In this document: positions 11,801 through 20,505 of the stretch, piece by piece
Position numbering within the stretch: the stretch's first letter is position 1
Layout of the letters: each line of letters begins with the position of its first letter
Position numbers and translations under genes: made by a program
Notes under the pieces: generated by a model
What the model saw: the letters and a program-made list of their open reading frames with translations, nothing else
Database searches by the model: none
Told to the model about the DNA's origin: nothing
Virus record (IMG/VR): IMGVR_UViG_3300020386_000268
Coordinates: 1 to 41,479 of that record
Direction: 5' to 3' (one strand)
DNA from: a virus
Taxonomy: Duplodnaviria; Caudoviricetes
Length of the DNA stretch: 41,479 nt

Positions 11801-12890
11801 TCGTGTAATTCCACTGTTCGGCACCTTTATAAGCTTCCAATTAGAGGCTCACAGAACTCTTTACAATGCACAGGCAATTGGCCTACAAGACATGAGAAGC
11901 GAAATTCCAGGCGTAAAAAAACTAGGCGCAAGAAGGTTTTTTAATTTTTTAAAAGGAATTTTTGGTATTTATGGATTACATTTTCTTCTAGGAACAAGTG
12001 GTCTTGCGGCTTTGGGACTGCTGCCTGACGATGATGATGAAGAAAAAGGCGAGAGTCAAGATGAAAATGATAAATATTACGATTTAATTTTTCCTCATTT
12101 TGCTAAAAACGGATCTATTTATCTAATAAAACTTGAAGACGGTAAATTACATTATATAAACTTGAGCGCCTCAAACCCTTTTGGACAAGCCGAAAAAGCT
12201 ATCAATGCTATATTTAACGGCAGAACATATGAGCAGTCTTTAACTGAATTTACGTCAGAGCTTATGTCTCCATTTACAGATCCAGATATTACATTTGATG
12301 CTTTTAGGCAAGTTTTAAACCAAGAAAATATTTATGACCGTCCTTTAATAAGAGAAGATCAGTATGGGCAGACAATATTTGGTGATACAATACAACCGGG
12401 AACTGCAAAAAAAATGATTGACAGAGTTAGTCCTTTATTTAAAGCATTAGAACCAGGGTTTGTTACTTCAACTATGAAAGTTTGGGAGACTGACGATAAG
12501 CTTAATGAGGTTACAGGTCAACTAACAGGATACAAAGTAAGGAAGGTAGACCTTAAAAAAGTTCTTCGCACTAGAGCTATTATATTTCAAAGAGAAATTC
12601 AAGGCAAGGGGTCATTAGTAGGAAAAATAAAAGATTACCATAGTGGCAAAATAAGTTTAGAAGAATACTCTGCCCCAATAAAAAACACCAGAAGACTAAG
12701 GAAGAAAGTGTATGATCAAGTTGCAAGACTTTATAAGGCAGGCATAAAATATGGAATGAGCCCAAATGAAGTGTTTTCTATTTTAAATGATGCTGGTATC
12801 GGTAAATCATATTTAATACAAATCGAACAATTTGGTGAGGTAAGAAATTTTCCTACACCGAGAGGCACCCCATTTATTGAAGGAGATTAA
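5826..12890 (+). CDS. Large (2354 aa) ejection/polyvalent-type protein with zincin-like HExxH motif
   Basis: Acidic N-terminus, Gly-rich hydrophobic segments and YGFVQGKKIFVNP...VVLHEYGHVW...EE around 9480-9700. Last gene of the + strand module. Confidence 0.6.
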   Translation: MNEEALVAMYEMAANDGYTGSLEAFSDLLKTNEEAVDHFYEMFKGDGYTDSVDDFKLLMGAVEQQKEGEEIGPIEITTQEALQKFLREAPGLISDEDARGISAGIEAQRRFEEEKKIAEDLAEEKQELLDDVQGAKSSYNSVVNMLKDIGQMDNRALMLYGMITGDRQLVGQQSLIMERENKGEDSFLGPRRATYDAEDLKGIFDDGFQMDDMEILFGTAVNALTGFGTSFVSSVMGRALGSALGGVAGFSVAGPGGVLPGAAAGGTIGAPMGLAADMISREVINANKILARKNGITLEEHIDRGELEWVIPSTVGAVQGVIEKFQLGKLLGKTGSKTIGQYVSKFLNRGFTSGVQEVGQGIGSVINETIAAQGGQKNISTDTPEQLYNVFSNPETLKRLDNDFVNGVLGMATGRGLIDGSRAIMDPQKVRDLFKNSFKKNPEDGGFDPNNPFNIFYLAKSDAEYEKQSDLVTKLLDIGGEKAKGNLSTEQVKALDVAQESVKEELEIIRQKVYRRMNKMTEDEINFLIPNQKERSDLNNALTVLENSDISEKLKSTQIEIIQNKLNQLAIQKAKLLSAVDKRPDQSFSETFSIDGRQVTKEEFDAYTEQQKALGGGEFTLQFGEDKGIVVNTEGETIGDFVFTPAEGPEDNTVNRVLKQLGLTPNQNDFLLNELDVELKTKGKSVKNLVDFGEQIIVQTKRQKPSSNIISINSGSLSLDPYTEDVYKALVKKNFADKIVIPNSKGDYYYKVKPIEEIDNIIQEQNKKKTLTPEQKEINKTRGLLGKGPRFSVETDFNAEADINMNQVVEEMNNMAGETMLPSVPGQLTTNNKIDADNILSRFPNAKILSTNKKFAGIPGVFGVSDQLTTGSIKNEITGNKLFFQGGINFNNLSEFSKYAWAGANEKDALELKERAISVYQNNKQLFDRLWQQKKLPNGHIPYYIIKMGSEAIYSNEALYRTALDNISKIPERNKKAAYKALLNDPVVQSNDVYKDYVTKQKTLQNVLKNITELKLSQRPKLGKRIIYGTFNNTSPGPPNKTKQGAVKLLEGRPEAERAFINSASLNNQITDPALEGIPGDHLIGVMGIDVLNPSVDKINHKNYPFAIKGQVLGILEKPIHAAEVFPEMYANILLKQKKNKSGKLTTPKAAASQAVFPLGSVKNKTYIGAKMSSKMDNMKKLMGLLKITFPDVDLVDNAADFEAALNQPDVKSYIKKGDVIYGFVQGKKIFVNPKYADSKVVLHEYGHVWLDFLKQNNPELLQVGYNLLEGSLDLEKYKLMHGDTELAREELMVDLISSKGERIGDAATKSTFKNWLVGFWNYIKRLFKSFFNMTPDEIQNMTLDDFINGALSSMLSGQRIRTQGLKDIKFSKKTPANEIEVLLDKGATELQIRNYIKDEYGLSDQETNNLFESISGDYLKRKRKEEGIFSFDNKGNNKFTRALYALKNVFDKNVYRRLFLQRRFNPKTYQILAEQRRGAIELQLKETINTVMKFNKLVGKNEDLILEADEVLRGRTSSVINENSNTDLFTLIKRMRTQVDLLTQSLIDEGVVTNQHTIETLQLNFGKYLTRSFKLFDADGFNPEANIIDAAKNFIRQDSRIQEIAQKVAEQYGRDYYDELETQVENQINFILGKAIGENFYGVSRSGRKDLNILKKRGAIPKPIRDLMGEYTDPGVNYGRTIIRMTNLLEQHRFLTRLRKAGMGVFFFEENDTQRKNAGATVQIQGGESMSPLAGLYADPLIAREFNEGNFDIQQKIKEAIKDSKLASVPTIKQAQALADKVGFNLSNYYSLVSLVKEAKTTLSPATHAKNVIGNVFFMFLHGYSDVNAYVEALKANSADLKQQLAVGVGVSDDAAVPDIIRKLIKLGVLNTEVQTSEVDKLADRMEKDEDFIPSLLNRRQTNFLNKIKKEITSSDGAVRESARKTYQAEDNYFKIVSFLIESKRYSQAIYKKPYEQLSLSERNEIDLKASEVVKNILPNYNRIGQINDIFRVIPLFGTFISFQLEAHRTLYNAQAIGLQDMRSEIPGVKKLGARRFFNFLKGIFGIYGLHFLLGTSGLAALGLLPDDDDEEKGESQDENDKYYDLIFPHFAKNGSIYLIKLEDGKLHYINLSASNPFGQAEKAINAIFNGRTYEQSLTEFTSELMSPFTDPDITFDAFRQVLNQENIYDRPLIREDQYGQTIFGDTIQPGTAKKMIDRVSPLFKALEPGFVTSTMKVWETDDKLNEVTGQLTGYKVRKVDLKKVLRTRAIIFQREIQGKGSLVGKIKDYHSGKISLEEYSAPIKNTRRLRKKVYDQVARLYKAGIKYGMSPNEVFSILNDAGIGKSYLIQIEQFGEVRNFPTPRGTPFIEGD

Positions 12891-13332
12891 TTAATAACCT
12901 TACAACCTCATCACAGTCCTTTTGATTCCTTGGCATAAATAGTGCAGTATCTATGTTACTATCTATAAGATGTTTTTTGAACAGCTTCCATCTCAAAGGA
13001 AAAGCTTCGTTTGGATTCCCTTTACACTCTATTATAAATCTAGGTGGCTCATGTACGTCTATAAAGTCTGGGGTGTATTTTATGGGTAAGATTTTTTTGT
13101 TGCCTTTGTTTTGAAGTATCTTTTTGCCTTTGGTTTTTTCGTAACTTGACATAGAAAAATCAAAACTAGGAACTACTTCAAATGTTTTCCCTTCGTACAA
13201 TACTTTTATTTTTTGCTTCTCTAATGCTTTGTACATATATAGCTCTAACTTGGAAGCAAATTTATATTGTTTGTATGTTGCTTTGGTACTTCTGGTGATC
13301 TGTCTAGATCTTTTCCTCCTCCTCGTCCTCAT
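12874..13332 (-). CDS. PD-(D/E)xK endonuclease (T7 endonuclease I/DUF1064-like, possible resolvase)
   Basis: FASKLE...YTPDF...IIECKG motifs. Confidence 0.75.
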   Translation of the reverse strand: MRTRRRKRSRQITRSTKATYKQYKFASKLELYMYKALEKQKIKVLYEGKTFEVVPSFDFSMSSYEKTKGKKILQNKGNKKILPIKYTPDFIDVHEPPRFIIECKGNPNEAFPLRWKLFKKHLIDSNIDTALFMPRNQKDCDEVVRLLINLLQ

Positions 13333-13768
13333 ATACGCTTATTATTTCATCAAGATTTAGTATGTTTTCAAAATAATATTTAGCATATCGAATGTCAGTT
13401 TCAAAACAAATATAAGGCTCAAGACCATCCGAGATAACAATTTCTTTTGTAATGCAGTTAAATTTTTTATAGCCCCCAACTCCTTTTTCATATAGTAGGG
13501 TGCTGAGAGCTTCATAAAACCCTTCATATTCTATTATAGATATGACAGCTTCTTTTGCGGTGCAGTTTAGCCTTTTGGACTGCCAGAAAACTTCGTTTTC
13601 GCCCAGGCTAAGAACATTGACACCTGTTTTTTTATCCATGTAAACATAATGATAGTCTTTTGTTAATTTTCCCGATGATATCAAACTAAGGATAGCAAAA
13701 CTTATGTCTCTATATTCGTCATCCGTGAGACCATTACTTATTACTATTCTGTTTAGGTTCAGTTCCAT
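13304..13768 (-). CDS. Hypothetical protein
   Basis: 154 aa ORF with short overlaps to both neighbours. Confidence 0.7.
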   Translation of the reverse strand: MELNLNRIVISNGLTDDEYRDISFAILSLISSGKLTKDYHYVYMDKKTGVNVLSLGENEVFWQSKRLNCTAKEAVISIIEYEGFYEALSTLLYEKGVGGYKKFNCITKEIVISDGLEPYICFETDIRYAKYYFENILNLDEIISVYEDEEEEKI

Positions 13769-14042
13769 CTATCTCATCTATAGCTCTTTGTAAATATAGA
13801 GCTAAGTCCATTGCCTCTTCTTTTGCGTGTTGCAACCATTGTTTTAAAGATAAGTCATTTTCGCTCATGGTTGTCCCATATTTATTAAGACCTTTTGCGC
13901 TTCTTATAAGCATCTCAGATCTAACTTTTCGGACAACCTCGTCCTTTTCACTCTGTATCTTTACAAGCTTATCAAGAGTTGTGTTTCTTGTCCAGCCATC
14001 ATTTTCTTTTAATTCGTAATACTTTTTAATTGAGTCACTCAT
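13734..14042 (-). CDS. Conserved phage protein, possibly MazG-like all-alpha nucleotide pyrophosphatase
   Basis: KGLNKYGTT...DL...WLQHAKEEAMDLALYL contains an EExxD motif. Confidence 0.5.
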   Translation of the reverse strand: MSDSIKKYYELKENDGWTRNTTLDKLVKIQSEKDEVVRKVRSEMLIRSAKGLNKYGTTMSENDLSLKQWLQHAKEEAMDLALYLQRAIDEIDGTEPKQNSNK

Positions 14043-14158
14043 TTTTTAAAATTAAATTAATTATGTGTCTTAGTCCATATTCCATTAGCCTACATACTAT
14101 GTAGAAAAGTAAACCTTGAAAAAATATATTACTCAACATATTCTGTAAAGTTACAAAA

Positions 14159-15319
14159 TTAAAATAGGTGAGTAAATCTTGCAATCTGTCCATTATCTTT
14201 AGAGTGTACAAAGCCTTCTATAGCTTTGGGTGAGTGTTGATATCCATTTCTATGATGCCAGGAATCTGTGCTTGAAGGAGATCTCAACGCCTCAACAGTT
14301 ACCCCATGATAATCTTTAGATATTTTATGATGGAGGTGATGTATATAAACATATCTATGCTTTGTGTCACTCCATAGTTTTCCAGACTCTTGTGCCATCA
14401 GAAGAGGTAGGTCTTGTTGCTTTGCTCCATCGCCATGAGTAGTTCCAATAAGACTTGTACCGTACTTAAAATATTTTCTATGCGATATACTTACATCGAA
14501 AGAAATGTTTTTACAAGTTCTATACCAAGATTTAATAGCATCAGCCAGAAAAAATCCATTTGTATAGTCGTGGTTTGATGGGTTATACATAACATGAACA
14601 TCAGCTATTTTTATAAGCCTATCCAAAATATCTACATATAACTTTTTTGCAACTAAAAAATTATCGTACCACATTCCATCTGTGTCTTGAGGTGTGCCTG
14701 AAGTTGTAAGTCTTTTAGGTGTGTCGATATGAAGAATGTCGTTGCCTGCAACAAAAACTATTTTTTCAATATCAAATCCACTTGACTTACGTAGTATACC
14801 GTCAACACCCTCCTTTACTCTTTGAACTGCTATCTGCGTGTTATAGTCTTCACCGGTTTCAAACGATGAGGCTAGCTTCCCAATATGCACATCAGCAGGA
14901 TCAATAACAAGTAAACAAGGAAAATTATAGTTTTGTCTCCCAATCTTTTCATAATTAAAAGTATGTTTTTTTATTTCATCTATATGATCTTGTAGCATTT
15001 CTTCAAACGTAGGACCCGTTTTACTAGGTCGAAACTGTATTGACCAATGCTTGTCTTTATTCCAGGCTATACCGACATTATCAAAATTAATTCCTCTTTC
15101 TTCACATGCTTGTGCTAGTGCTGGATTTGCTTTTCTTTTTTTTGCGTAGTGAAGATGGTATTTTACATTCGCCCTTGTGTGATTTAGAGTTCTTGTGCTC
15201 TCATCAATGGACAGATCCTCATGAATTTTTTTGGCAATCTCTGTTGGGTTGCTAAGCCCACTACTAAACAGCTGATCAATTTTCCGTTTTATCTTATCTA
15301 ATAAAGTTTCTTCATTCAT
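14159..15319 (-). CDS. Calcineurin-like metallophosphoesterase
   Basis: ADVHIG, GNDILHID, SNHD, THGD and HHLHH motifs in canonical order. Confidence 0.8.
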   Translation of the reverse strand: MNEETLLDKIKRKIDQLFSSGLSNPTEIAKKIHEDLSIDESTRTLNHTRANVKYHLHYAKKRKANPALAQACEERGINFDNVGIAWNKDKHWSIQFRPSKTGPTFEEMLQDHIDEIKKHTFNYEKIGRQNYNFPCLLVIDPADVHIGKLASSFETGEDYNTQIAVQRVKEGVDGILRKSSGFDIEKIVFVAGNDILHIDTPKRLTTSGTPQDTDGMWYDNFLVAKKLYVDILDRLIKIADVHVMYNPSNHDYTNGFFLADAIKSWYRTCKNISFDVSISHRKYFKYGTSLIGTTHGDGAKQQDLPLLMAQESGKLWSDTKHRYVYIHHLHHKISKDYHGVTVEALRSPSSTDSWHHRNGYQHSPKAIEGFVHSKDNGQIARFTHLF

Positions 15320-15483
15320 GTCTCTTTCAAATCATTCTTTAACTCTTTCAGGAAATCTATAAGTTTGTCAACCGCACATATTGAAGAGTCTTTTTTTGCA
15401 TCAAACAAAGCCTCATAGATATTTACAACGTGCTTTGAAAGTAAGTTTATTATGTAGTTTATATATACAACTCTCTGTATCAT
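15316..15483 (-). CDS. Small hypothetical protein (55 aa, not in ORF track)
   Basis: MIQRVVYINYIINLLSKHVVNIYEALFDAKKDSSICAVDKLIDFLKELKNDLKET*. Fills the gap exactly, with an ATGA overlap into the next gene. Confidence 0.75.
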   Translation of the reverse strand: MIQRVVYINYIINLLSKHVVNIYEALFDAKKDSSICAVDKLIDFLKELKNDLKET

Positions 15484-15764
15484 TTATCTTGGTGAACCAA
15501 GAACAAGTCACCAAGTTTTGGATCGATCTTTTTTATTGCACGGTAAATCTTTCTAGATTCCTTTTTTGTTTCAGCCTTGTCGGCTTTAGTGGAATTTATT
15601 CCAAGGTTCATGTACAATTGAGCGTCCAAACATAGAAGTTTATCTATTATCTTTTTGGGGTCTTTGTATTTTCTGTGCAATAAGTCTATCTCAGAGTCTA
15701 TGCTAAATTTCATCTTCAACATTCTCTTGTGCAATTGCTCAGGATAAACAGTGTCAAATTCCAT
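15480..15764 (-). CDS. Hypothetical protein
   Basis: 94 aa ORF in operon orientation. Confidence 0.7.
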   Translation of the reverse strand: MEFDTVYPEQLHKRMLKMKFSIDSEIDLLHRKYKDPKKIIDKLLCLDAQLYMNLGINSTKADKAETKKESRKIYRAIKKIDPKLGDLFLVHQDK

Positions 15765-15784
15765 ACATCTAAGTTAGTGAAGGG

Positions 15785-15814
15785 TTATCAACAAAAAAAC
15801 GGTAGTTATTAACA
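15785..15814 (+). promoter_or_regulatory. Two tandem DnaA-box-like 9-mers (TTATCAACA, TTATTAACA)
   Basis: Intergenic, 21 bp apart, 1-2 mismatches to TTATCCACA. Confidence 0.45.
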
Positions 15815-15815
15815 A

Positions 15816-16088
15816 CTAAAACTTGTAATCTTTATACTTTTTATACAAATGCATGTAAATTTTATAGCTTTGACAATAATATTCGTAGTGGTCGTATGTG
15901 TTAGGTGAAACAGATTTTTTGTTTGGCTCCCTAACCTCAATTTGAAGTTTATTTTTACCTACTGGATTGGGGGCAACAATAATATTTTTTCTCATACACC
16001 ACAACATTGCATCTGTTTGCTCTTTTGTAGGGAAAAAATAATCAGGATCAAGAACCCCAGGGAATCCCAACTTGTTTTTCTTCTTCAT
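15816..16088 (-). CDS. Hypothetical protein (start revised to MKKKNKLG)
   Basis: ORF track 15816..16142. The downstream ATG shortens the overlap with the helicase gene. Confidence 0.6.
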   Translation of the reverse strand: MKKKNKLGFPGVLDPDYFFPTKEQTDAMLWCMRKNIIVAPNPVGKNKLQIEVREPNKKSVSPNTYDHYEYYCQSYKIYMHLYKKYKDYKF

Positions 16089-17796
16089 AATCGTCGTTGA
16101 GTTTATGTGTTGGTGGCACATTATTTGCATAATATCTACCACTAGGCGTGTGATATTTAAAAATAACAGAAGAGCCTATATCTCCTTGAAACTTCATCTT
16201 AACCTTTTGAACCAAAAACTCAACGTCGTCTTTAGCTCTTTCATCGGTGTCATTAAAATATCTGAAGATGGTAAACCCATCATGCGTTTGATTTCTAAAG
16301 TCAGCACTACCTGAGACGCTATAAAGATCAGGAATTTGATATAAACCGTTTTCTTTCAAAACCATTTTTTTAGGGTGTGCTATAAGAAAGATTATAACAT
16401 TGTGCATTTGAGCAAAGAGTGTAAGTTTTGTAAGTGTGTCTCTGATATTAATTAGATCATTTGAGTTAGATTTATCAAACTCTACCTTATTAAAAGCGTC
16501 AATGACAAATATATCAATACCATAAATAAACAACTGTTCTTTAAACTTTTCAAAAAGCCAAGACCATTTTGGAAACTGACCTTGCTCTGGAGCAGTTAGG
16601 TATATCTTTTCATTTGCCCAGTCTTTATATATTTCAATTTCTTTTTTAGTTATTCTTTTGTAAAAGTCAAGGTCTCTAAAAAAATTACGACCAAAAAACT
16701 TTTCAATAAATCTACTTTTATATAGTTCCATGGGGCTATGCTCAGGAGAGAAGAATGATGCCTTCATGTTATAGTCGTTCACTAAATTCATTACATACCA
16801 CTCTACAAAGCTTGATTTTCCATGACTAGGTATACCAGTGGCAACACATAAGTGACCTCTCATAACTGAAAAAACTTCTTTAAGTTCTCCAAAACATGGA
16901 TGTTTAGGGTAAATTGTTTCAGGCAGTCCTTTGTCGTGCAGATTAAGTATATCATCATAAAGATCATCAACAGTAAAAGTTCCACTAGCAGGATATTTTT
17001 TAGAGTTTTTACAACTATCCAACAAGATATTTTTACCTTCAATGAGATCAGCATTCGCATCTTTGTTCTTAAATATTACACGCTCACATCTATACCTTCC
17101 AAGTCTTTGTGCAATCTTTTCAGAAACAAAGTTTCCTTTTTCATCGTTGTCAGTGCATATATAAAATTTATTGATGCCTTGCAGATACTTTTCTGTATTG
17201 ATCCAAAAGTCATCAGAGTCGTTTGCACCGTTTGGTAGGCTAATTACATTTGATATTCCTGCCTCTACCATTGCTAAAACATCAAACTCTCCCTCGACAA
17301 TATATATTTCTTCAGACCCAATAGCTGAATTGATATTATAAAATGTTGCTTTACCCTCTTTTGACTGCGTAAAAGCTTTTTTTGCCGATCTATATTTTTT
17401 ATTTACAACCACGTCACCCTCAAAGTAATTAAAAACTATATTGTTTACTTTACCTTGATGCTGAGGCTGATAATAAGTCTCTTCGGTGATGTTCATCTTG
17501 GTTAGTGTAGCTTGTGATATTGACCTAGACTCACAATATTTTACACATCTGTCTGAAAGGCTAGTGTAGTTTCTCCATGTTTGTGGTGGTAATTTAAAAG
17601 GTCTAATGCTTTCAGTTATTGACCTTTGGTCTTTAATTGATATTGCCTCACAGTAATGGCATTTTGCTACACCTTTGTCAATATTGACTGATAAAGATTT
17701 TGTTTTCTTATGGTCACATGCAGGACAATCAAGCTTTACCTGACCACTTCTTTTGCTTTTTAGATTTATTTTGCTCCACTCAAATGTATTCATCAA
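16048..17796 (-). CDS. DNA primase-helicase (T7 gp4/Twinkle-like)
   Basis: Zn finger CPAC...CHYC, TOPRIM IVEGEFD and DNDEKG, Walker A GIPSHGKS, SF4 motifs VIDAFN, AHPKK and SGSADF. Confidence 0.92.
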   Translation of the reverse strand: MMNTFEWSKINLKSKRSGQVKLDCPACDHKKTKSLSVNIDKGVAKCHYCEAISIKDQRSITESIRPFKLPPQTWRNYTSLSDRCVKYCESRSISQATLTKMNITEETYYQPQHQGKVNNIVFNYFEGDVVVNKKYRSAKKAFTQSKEGKATFYNINSAIGSEEIYIVEGEFDVLAMVEAGISNVISLPNGANDSDDFWINTEKYLQGINKFYICTDNDEKGNFVSEKIAQRLGRYRCERVIFKNKDANADLIEGKNILLDSCKNSKKYPASGTFTVDDLYDDILNLHDKGLPETIYPKHPCFGELKEVFSVMRGHLCVATGIPSHGKSSFVEWYVMNLVNDYNMKASFFSPEHSPMELYKSRFIEKFFGRNFFRDLDFYKRITKKEIEIYKDWANEKIYLTAPEQGQFPKWSWLFEKFKEQLFIYGIDIFVIDAFNKVEFDKSNSNDLINIRDTLTKLTLFAQMHNVIIFLIAHPKKMVLKENGLYQIPDLYSVSGSADFRNQTHDGFTIFRYFNDTDERAKDDVEFLVQKVKMKFQGDIGSSVIFKYHTPSGRYYANNVPPTHKLNDDYEEEKQVGIPWGS

Positions 17797-18437
17797 AACG
17801 CTAACCTCCTTTTGTTTGTTTTATTAAAATTTATTTTTTTAACTAACCAATATTTAAAGTGCCTTTGGTATTCGTGTAAAGAGTTTGAAATATTACCCTC
17901 AGTAACTTGCCTAACATAAAACTCCTGGAAAAGTTCTTCGATTTGTTTATCATTTAACTTATAATTTTTCTTTACAGCATTATAAACTCGACCACCCACA
18001 TACTGGATTTTGAAATCCTCTATATCTATATTCTTTTCATTATTATCATTATTATCATTATTGTTTGTTGCCCTTTGTTTGTCTTTTGATTGTCTTTTGT
18101 TTGCCTTTTGCTCGCCCTTTTTAATATCCTCTTTTTGGTAATCATCATATTTTACAATAGTTACGAGGGTATTTTTGTTTGTCCCTTTTGTGATTATTGT
18201 TTGATCTTTTTTAAGTTTATTTAATGCCAGGCGGACTTGCTTAATTGACAGGTCTGTGTTGACAGATATTTTTCTAATTGAAGTAATGTGTTGTCCTCTT
18301 AAAACTTTACTTCCGAACACAACATTGTCCTTATGATTTGCTCTCAAAAGAAGAAACAAAAAAACCTTCAAAACATTGCCATCAGAAAAGTATCCCCACT
18401 CTAACAATTTTCTATTTATCTTGACGTAACCCTCCAC
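17793..18437 (-). CDS. Phage replication initiator/replisome organiser
   Basis: GYVKINRKLLEW...FLFLLLRANH...RGQ..TS winged-helix N-terminus, internal iterons, directly upstream of the helicase. Confidence 0.8.
   Translation of the reverse strand: MEGYVKINRKLLEWGYFSDGNVLKVFLFLLLRANHKDNVVFGSKVLRGQHITSIRKISVNTDLSIKQVRLALNKLKKDQTIITKGTNKNTLVTIVKYDDYQKEDIKKGEQKANKRQSKDKQRATNNNDNNDNNEKNIDIEDFKIQYVGGRVYNAVKKNYKLNDKQIEELFQEFYVRQVTEGNISNSLHEYQRHFKYWLVKKINFNKTNKRRLAF
18036..18120 (-). repeat. Putative replication origin: five tandem 11-bp iterons plus AT-rich 9-mers
   Basis: AAAGGGCGAGC AAAAGGCAAAC AAAAGACAATC AAAAGACAAAC AAAGGGCAACA, then AATAATGAT AATAATGAT AATAATGAA, inside the initiator gene. Confidence 0.7.
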
Positions 18438-18951
18438 TTAATTCTTTCAATTTCTTTTTTAAAAGTATATTTTCTGATCTCAAATTAACCATGTTTATAG
18501 TTTGTCTCCTAAACATGTCTTTAAAAAGCTCTTTAGATCGTTTGTATTTAACCATTTTTTCAGCCATGGACTCTTTAGTATCTGTTTCATCAATAAAGCC
18601 ATCAAGCTCTCTTATACGGCTCTCTATAATATCATGAAAGCTTTTTATTTGAGCATCATACTTTAAATAAACATCATGTAATTGTATTATGCTATGTCTT
18701 ATAGTGGCGTGATCTTTTTTCTTTTTTGTTCTGCCAATAGTGTTTCCTTCAAACAAACCCCCTACCTGTTCTAAAGATAGGGAGGTATATTTGTATAAAA
18801 AATAATAATACAATGCTCTTCTCCAAACAAGATGTATTTTCCTTGACCTCGTGTTTCTCCAAATATCATAATCAGTAACAACGCTATCAAGTAGATTAAT
18901 TACTCCATTAACACCTATCTTGGTGTTTTTGGATTTAAACTGTCTTTGCAT
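18412..18951 (-). CDS. Protein with DnaA C-terminal (domain IV)-like DNA-binding domain
   Basis: RSRK..LVWRR...Y....YTSLSLEQVGGLF...KDHATIRHSI mirrors DnaA SL..IG..F.RDHTTV.HA. Confidence 0.75.
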   Translation of the reverse strand: MQRQFKSKNTKIGVNGVINLLDSVVTDYDIWRNTRSRKIHLVWRRALYYYFLYKYTSLSLEQVGGLFEGNTIGRTKKKKDHATIRHSIIQLHDVYLKYDAQIKSFHDIIESRIRELDGFIDETDTKESMAEKMVKYKRSKELFKDMFRRQTINMVNLRSENILLKKKLKELSGGLRQDK

Positions 18952-18954
18952 AAT

Positions 18955-19299
18955 TTAAAACGGTAAATCGTCTGTGACCTCTTCTTTTTGCTTACTTGCT
19001 GTAGACCCATTATCGTCTTTTAAGTCTTTCATAAACCAAGCAACAATACTATTAAAGTGTTTTACATTTCCTTGCGGATCAGTCCACTCTCTTCCGTTAA
19101 TGTTTATGCCAACCTTAACCTCTTGTCCAACTTTAAATTTGTCTAGCAATTGACATTTGTCCTTGTGAAATTCAAGCTTTATGTGTTGTGGATAATCCTT
19201 GTCATGGTCAGTTACCAATACAAAGACTCTTTTTTGGAAACCATTACTTCCAAAGCTTTCAGTTTTTTCTATTAATTTAATTTTACCTTCTAATTCCAT
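18955..19299 (-). CDS. DUF3127-like single-stranded DNA-binding protein
   Basis: MELEGKI...GFQKRVFVL.T...YPQHI..EF..DK...INGREW, with acidic tail DDLPF. Confidence 0.85.
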   Translation of the reverse strand: MELEGKIKLIEKTESFGSNGFQKRVFVLVTDHDKDYPQHIKLEFHKDKCQLLDKFKVGQEVKVGININGREWTDPQGNVKHFNSIVAWFMKDLKDDNGSTASKQKEEVTDDLPF

Positions 19300-19304
19300 T
19301 TAAT

Positions 19305-20018
19305 TTATATTATAGTATTTACAATCTTTTGTCCTGCTATAACTGACAGGTCAGTTAAAAACTCCCTACAGAGTTTTATCTTTTCATAAAGTTTTTCAAC
19401 GTCTTCCTCGTTGTAATTTACATCGAAAGACTTTATTCTATGTTCAGTTTCAATATCGCTAAACTGAAGATTATTTGTTATCTCATCTTCAATCTCTACC
19501 GGCACATCAATCATACCTGCCTTCCATGAAAACCTTCTGATTTCGTCTTGAATTAGTTCCATAGGTGTATCTGTTAGACAATATATTACTTTACATTTTT
19601 TAGTTCTTGTTAGAGCCATATAGCCTTGCATTTGCCAGTAGTAATCTTTGTTTGGCAAATCCTCCTCATACAAAGGAAAGGTTTGTAGGTTCCAACTGGA
19701 TTTTATATCAATCAGTTCGTCAGCGTAGATATCAGGAGTTCCTGAAAGGTAACTATTGGCATATGATTTTTCGTTTTTGACATATTTTTTGCCAAGAAAG
19801 TTATTTAACATATCTATTGATTCGTCTTCAACGACCTTGCCTTTTTCTAAAAACTTACTCTGTATCTCTTTTGATCTACCGAAATAGATTTCTTTATGTA
19901 ACTCTTTCAAATAAGTTTTTGTTGTTACTGAAAGAGAGTCTTTTTTTGATCTTGGATTTATCATCAGCTTTCCAAGAGATGAACATCTGAAAAGATATGA
20001 ATCAAAGTTTTTTCTCAT
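19305..20018 (-). CDS. YqaJ/lambda-exonuclease-like nuclease
   Basis: FRCSSLG, KG..VE, GTPD, IDIKSSW and YYWQMQGYM motifs. Confidence 0.8.
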   Translation of the reverse strand: MRKNFDSYLFRCSSLGKLMINPRSKKDSLSVTTKTYLKELHKEIYFGRSKEIQSKFLEKGKVVEDESIDMLNNFLGKKYVKNEKSYANSYLSGTPDIYADELIDIKSSWNLQTFPLYEEDLPNKDYYWQMQGYMALTRTKKCKVIYCLTDTPMELIQDEIRRFSWKAGMIDVPVEIEDEITNNLQFSDIETEHRIKSFDVNYNEEDVEKLYEKIKLCREFLTDLSVIAGQKIVNTII

Positions 20019-20503
20019 GACTGTTTATTTAATATGTATGACAATGTTCCTTTACTGGAAATATTAAAATGCTCCATAGTTTTTTTATAACTTCCATGCT
20101 TTTCGTGATATTTTTTAACCTCGTCATGGTTGTGTTTTTTTATAAAACTAGATGCGTGTAAAGCCCTCTGTTTTCTTCTTTCAGCCTCAACATCAAATGC
20201 GTTCTGACTAGCAGTTCCAATGTCTATGTTATCGTAGTGATTGTTGGTGCAGTCATTATCTAAATGTCTAACCATGTATCCCTTCGTGTAAATCTCCTCG
20301 CCATATTTCTGATACGCCTGTAGACGATGAACGCCAACATTAAGATTTTTTCCTTCATGATCTCTAATTTTAAATCTTCTATATCCGTTTGTGTGAACCC
20401 AACCAACTGGATTCTTTCTCTTACCAATAACAACTCCTTCTTTGGTGACCCTGTATCCTTTTTCATATGCCACCTTTTCGTTTTTATTATAATTATATTC
20501 CAT
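20015..20503 (-). CDS. HNH homing endonuclease
   Basis: GYRRF...VHRL...VRHLDNDCTNNHYDNI...N. Confidence 0.85.
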   Translation of the reverse strand: MEYNYNKNEKVAYEKGYRVTKEGVVIGKRKNPVGWVHTNGYRRFKIRDHEGKNLNVGVHRLQAYQKYGEEIYTKGYMVRHLDNDCTNNHYDNIDIGTASQNAFDVEAERRKQRALHASSFIKKHNHDEVKKYHEKHGSYKKTMEHFNISSKGTLSYILNKQS

Positions 20504-20505
20504 AT

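Noticed and set aside
14090-14104. Palindrome CTACATA-C-TATGTAG
   Set aside because: Single short intergenic dyad with no second copy or other support.
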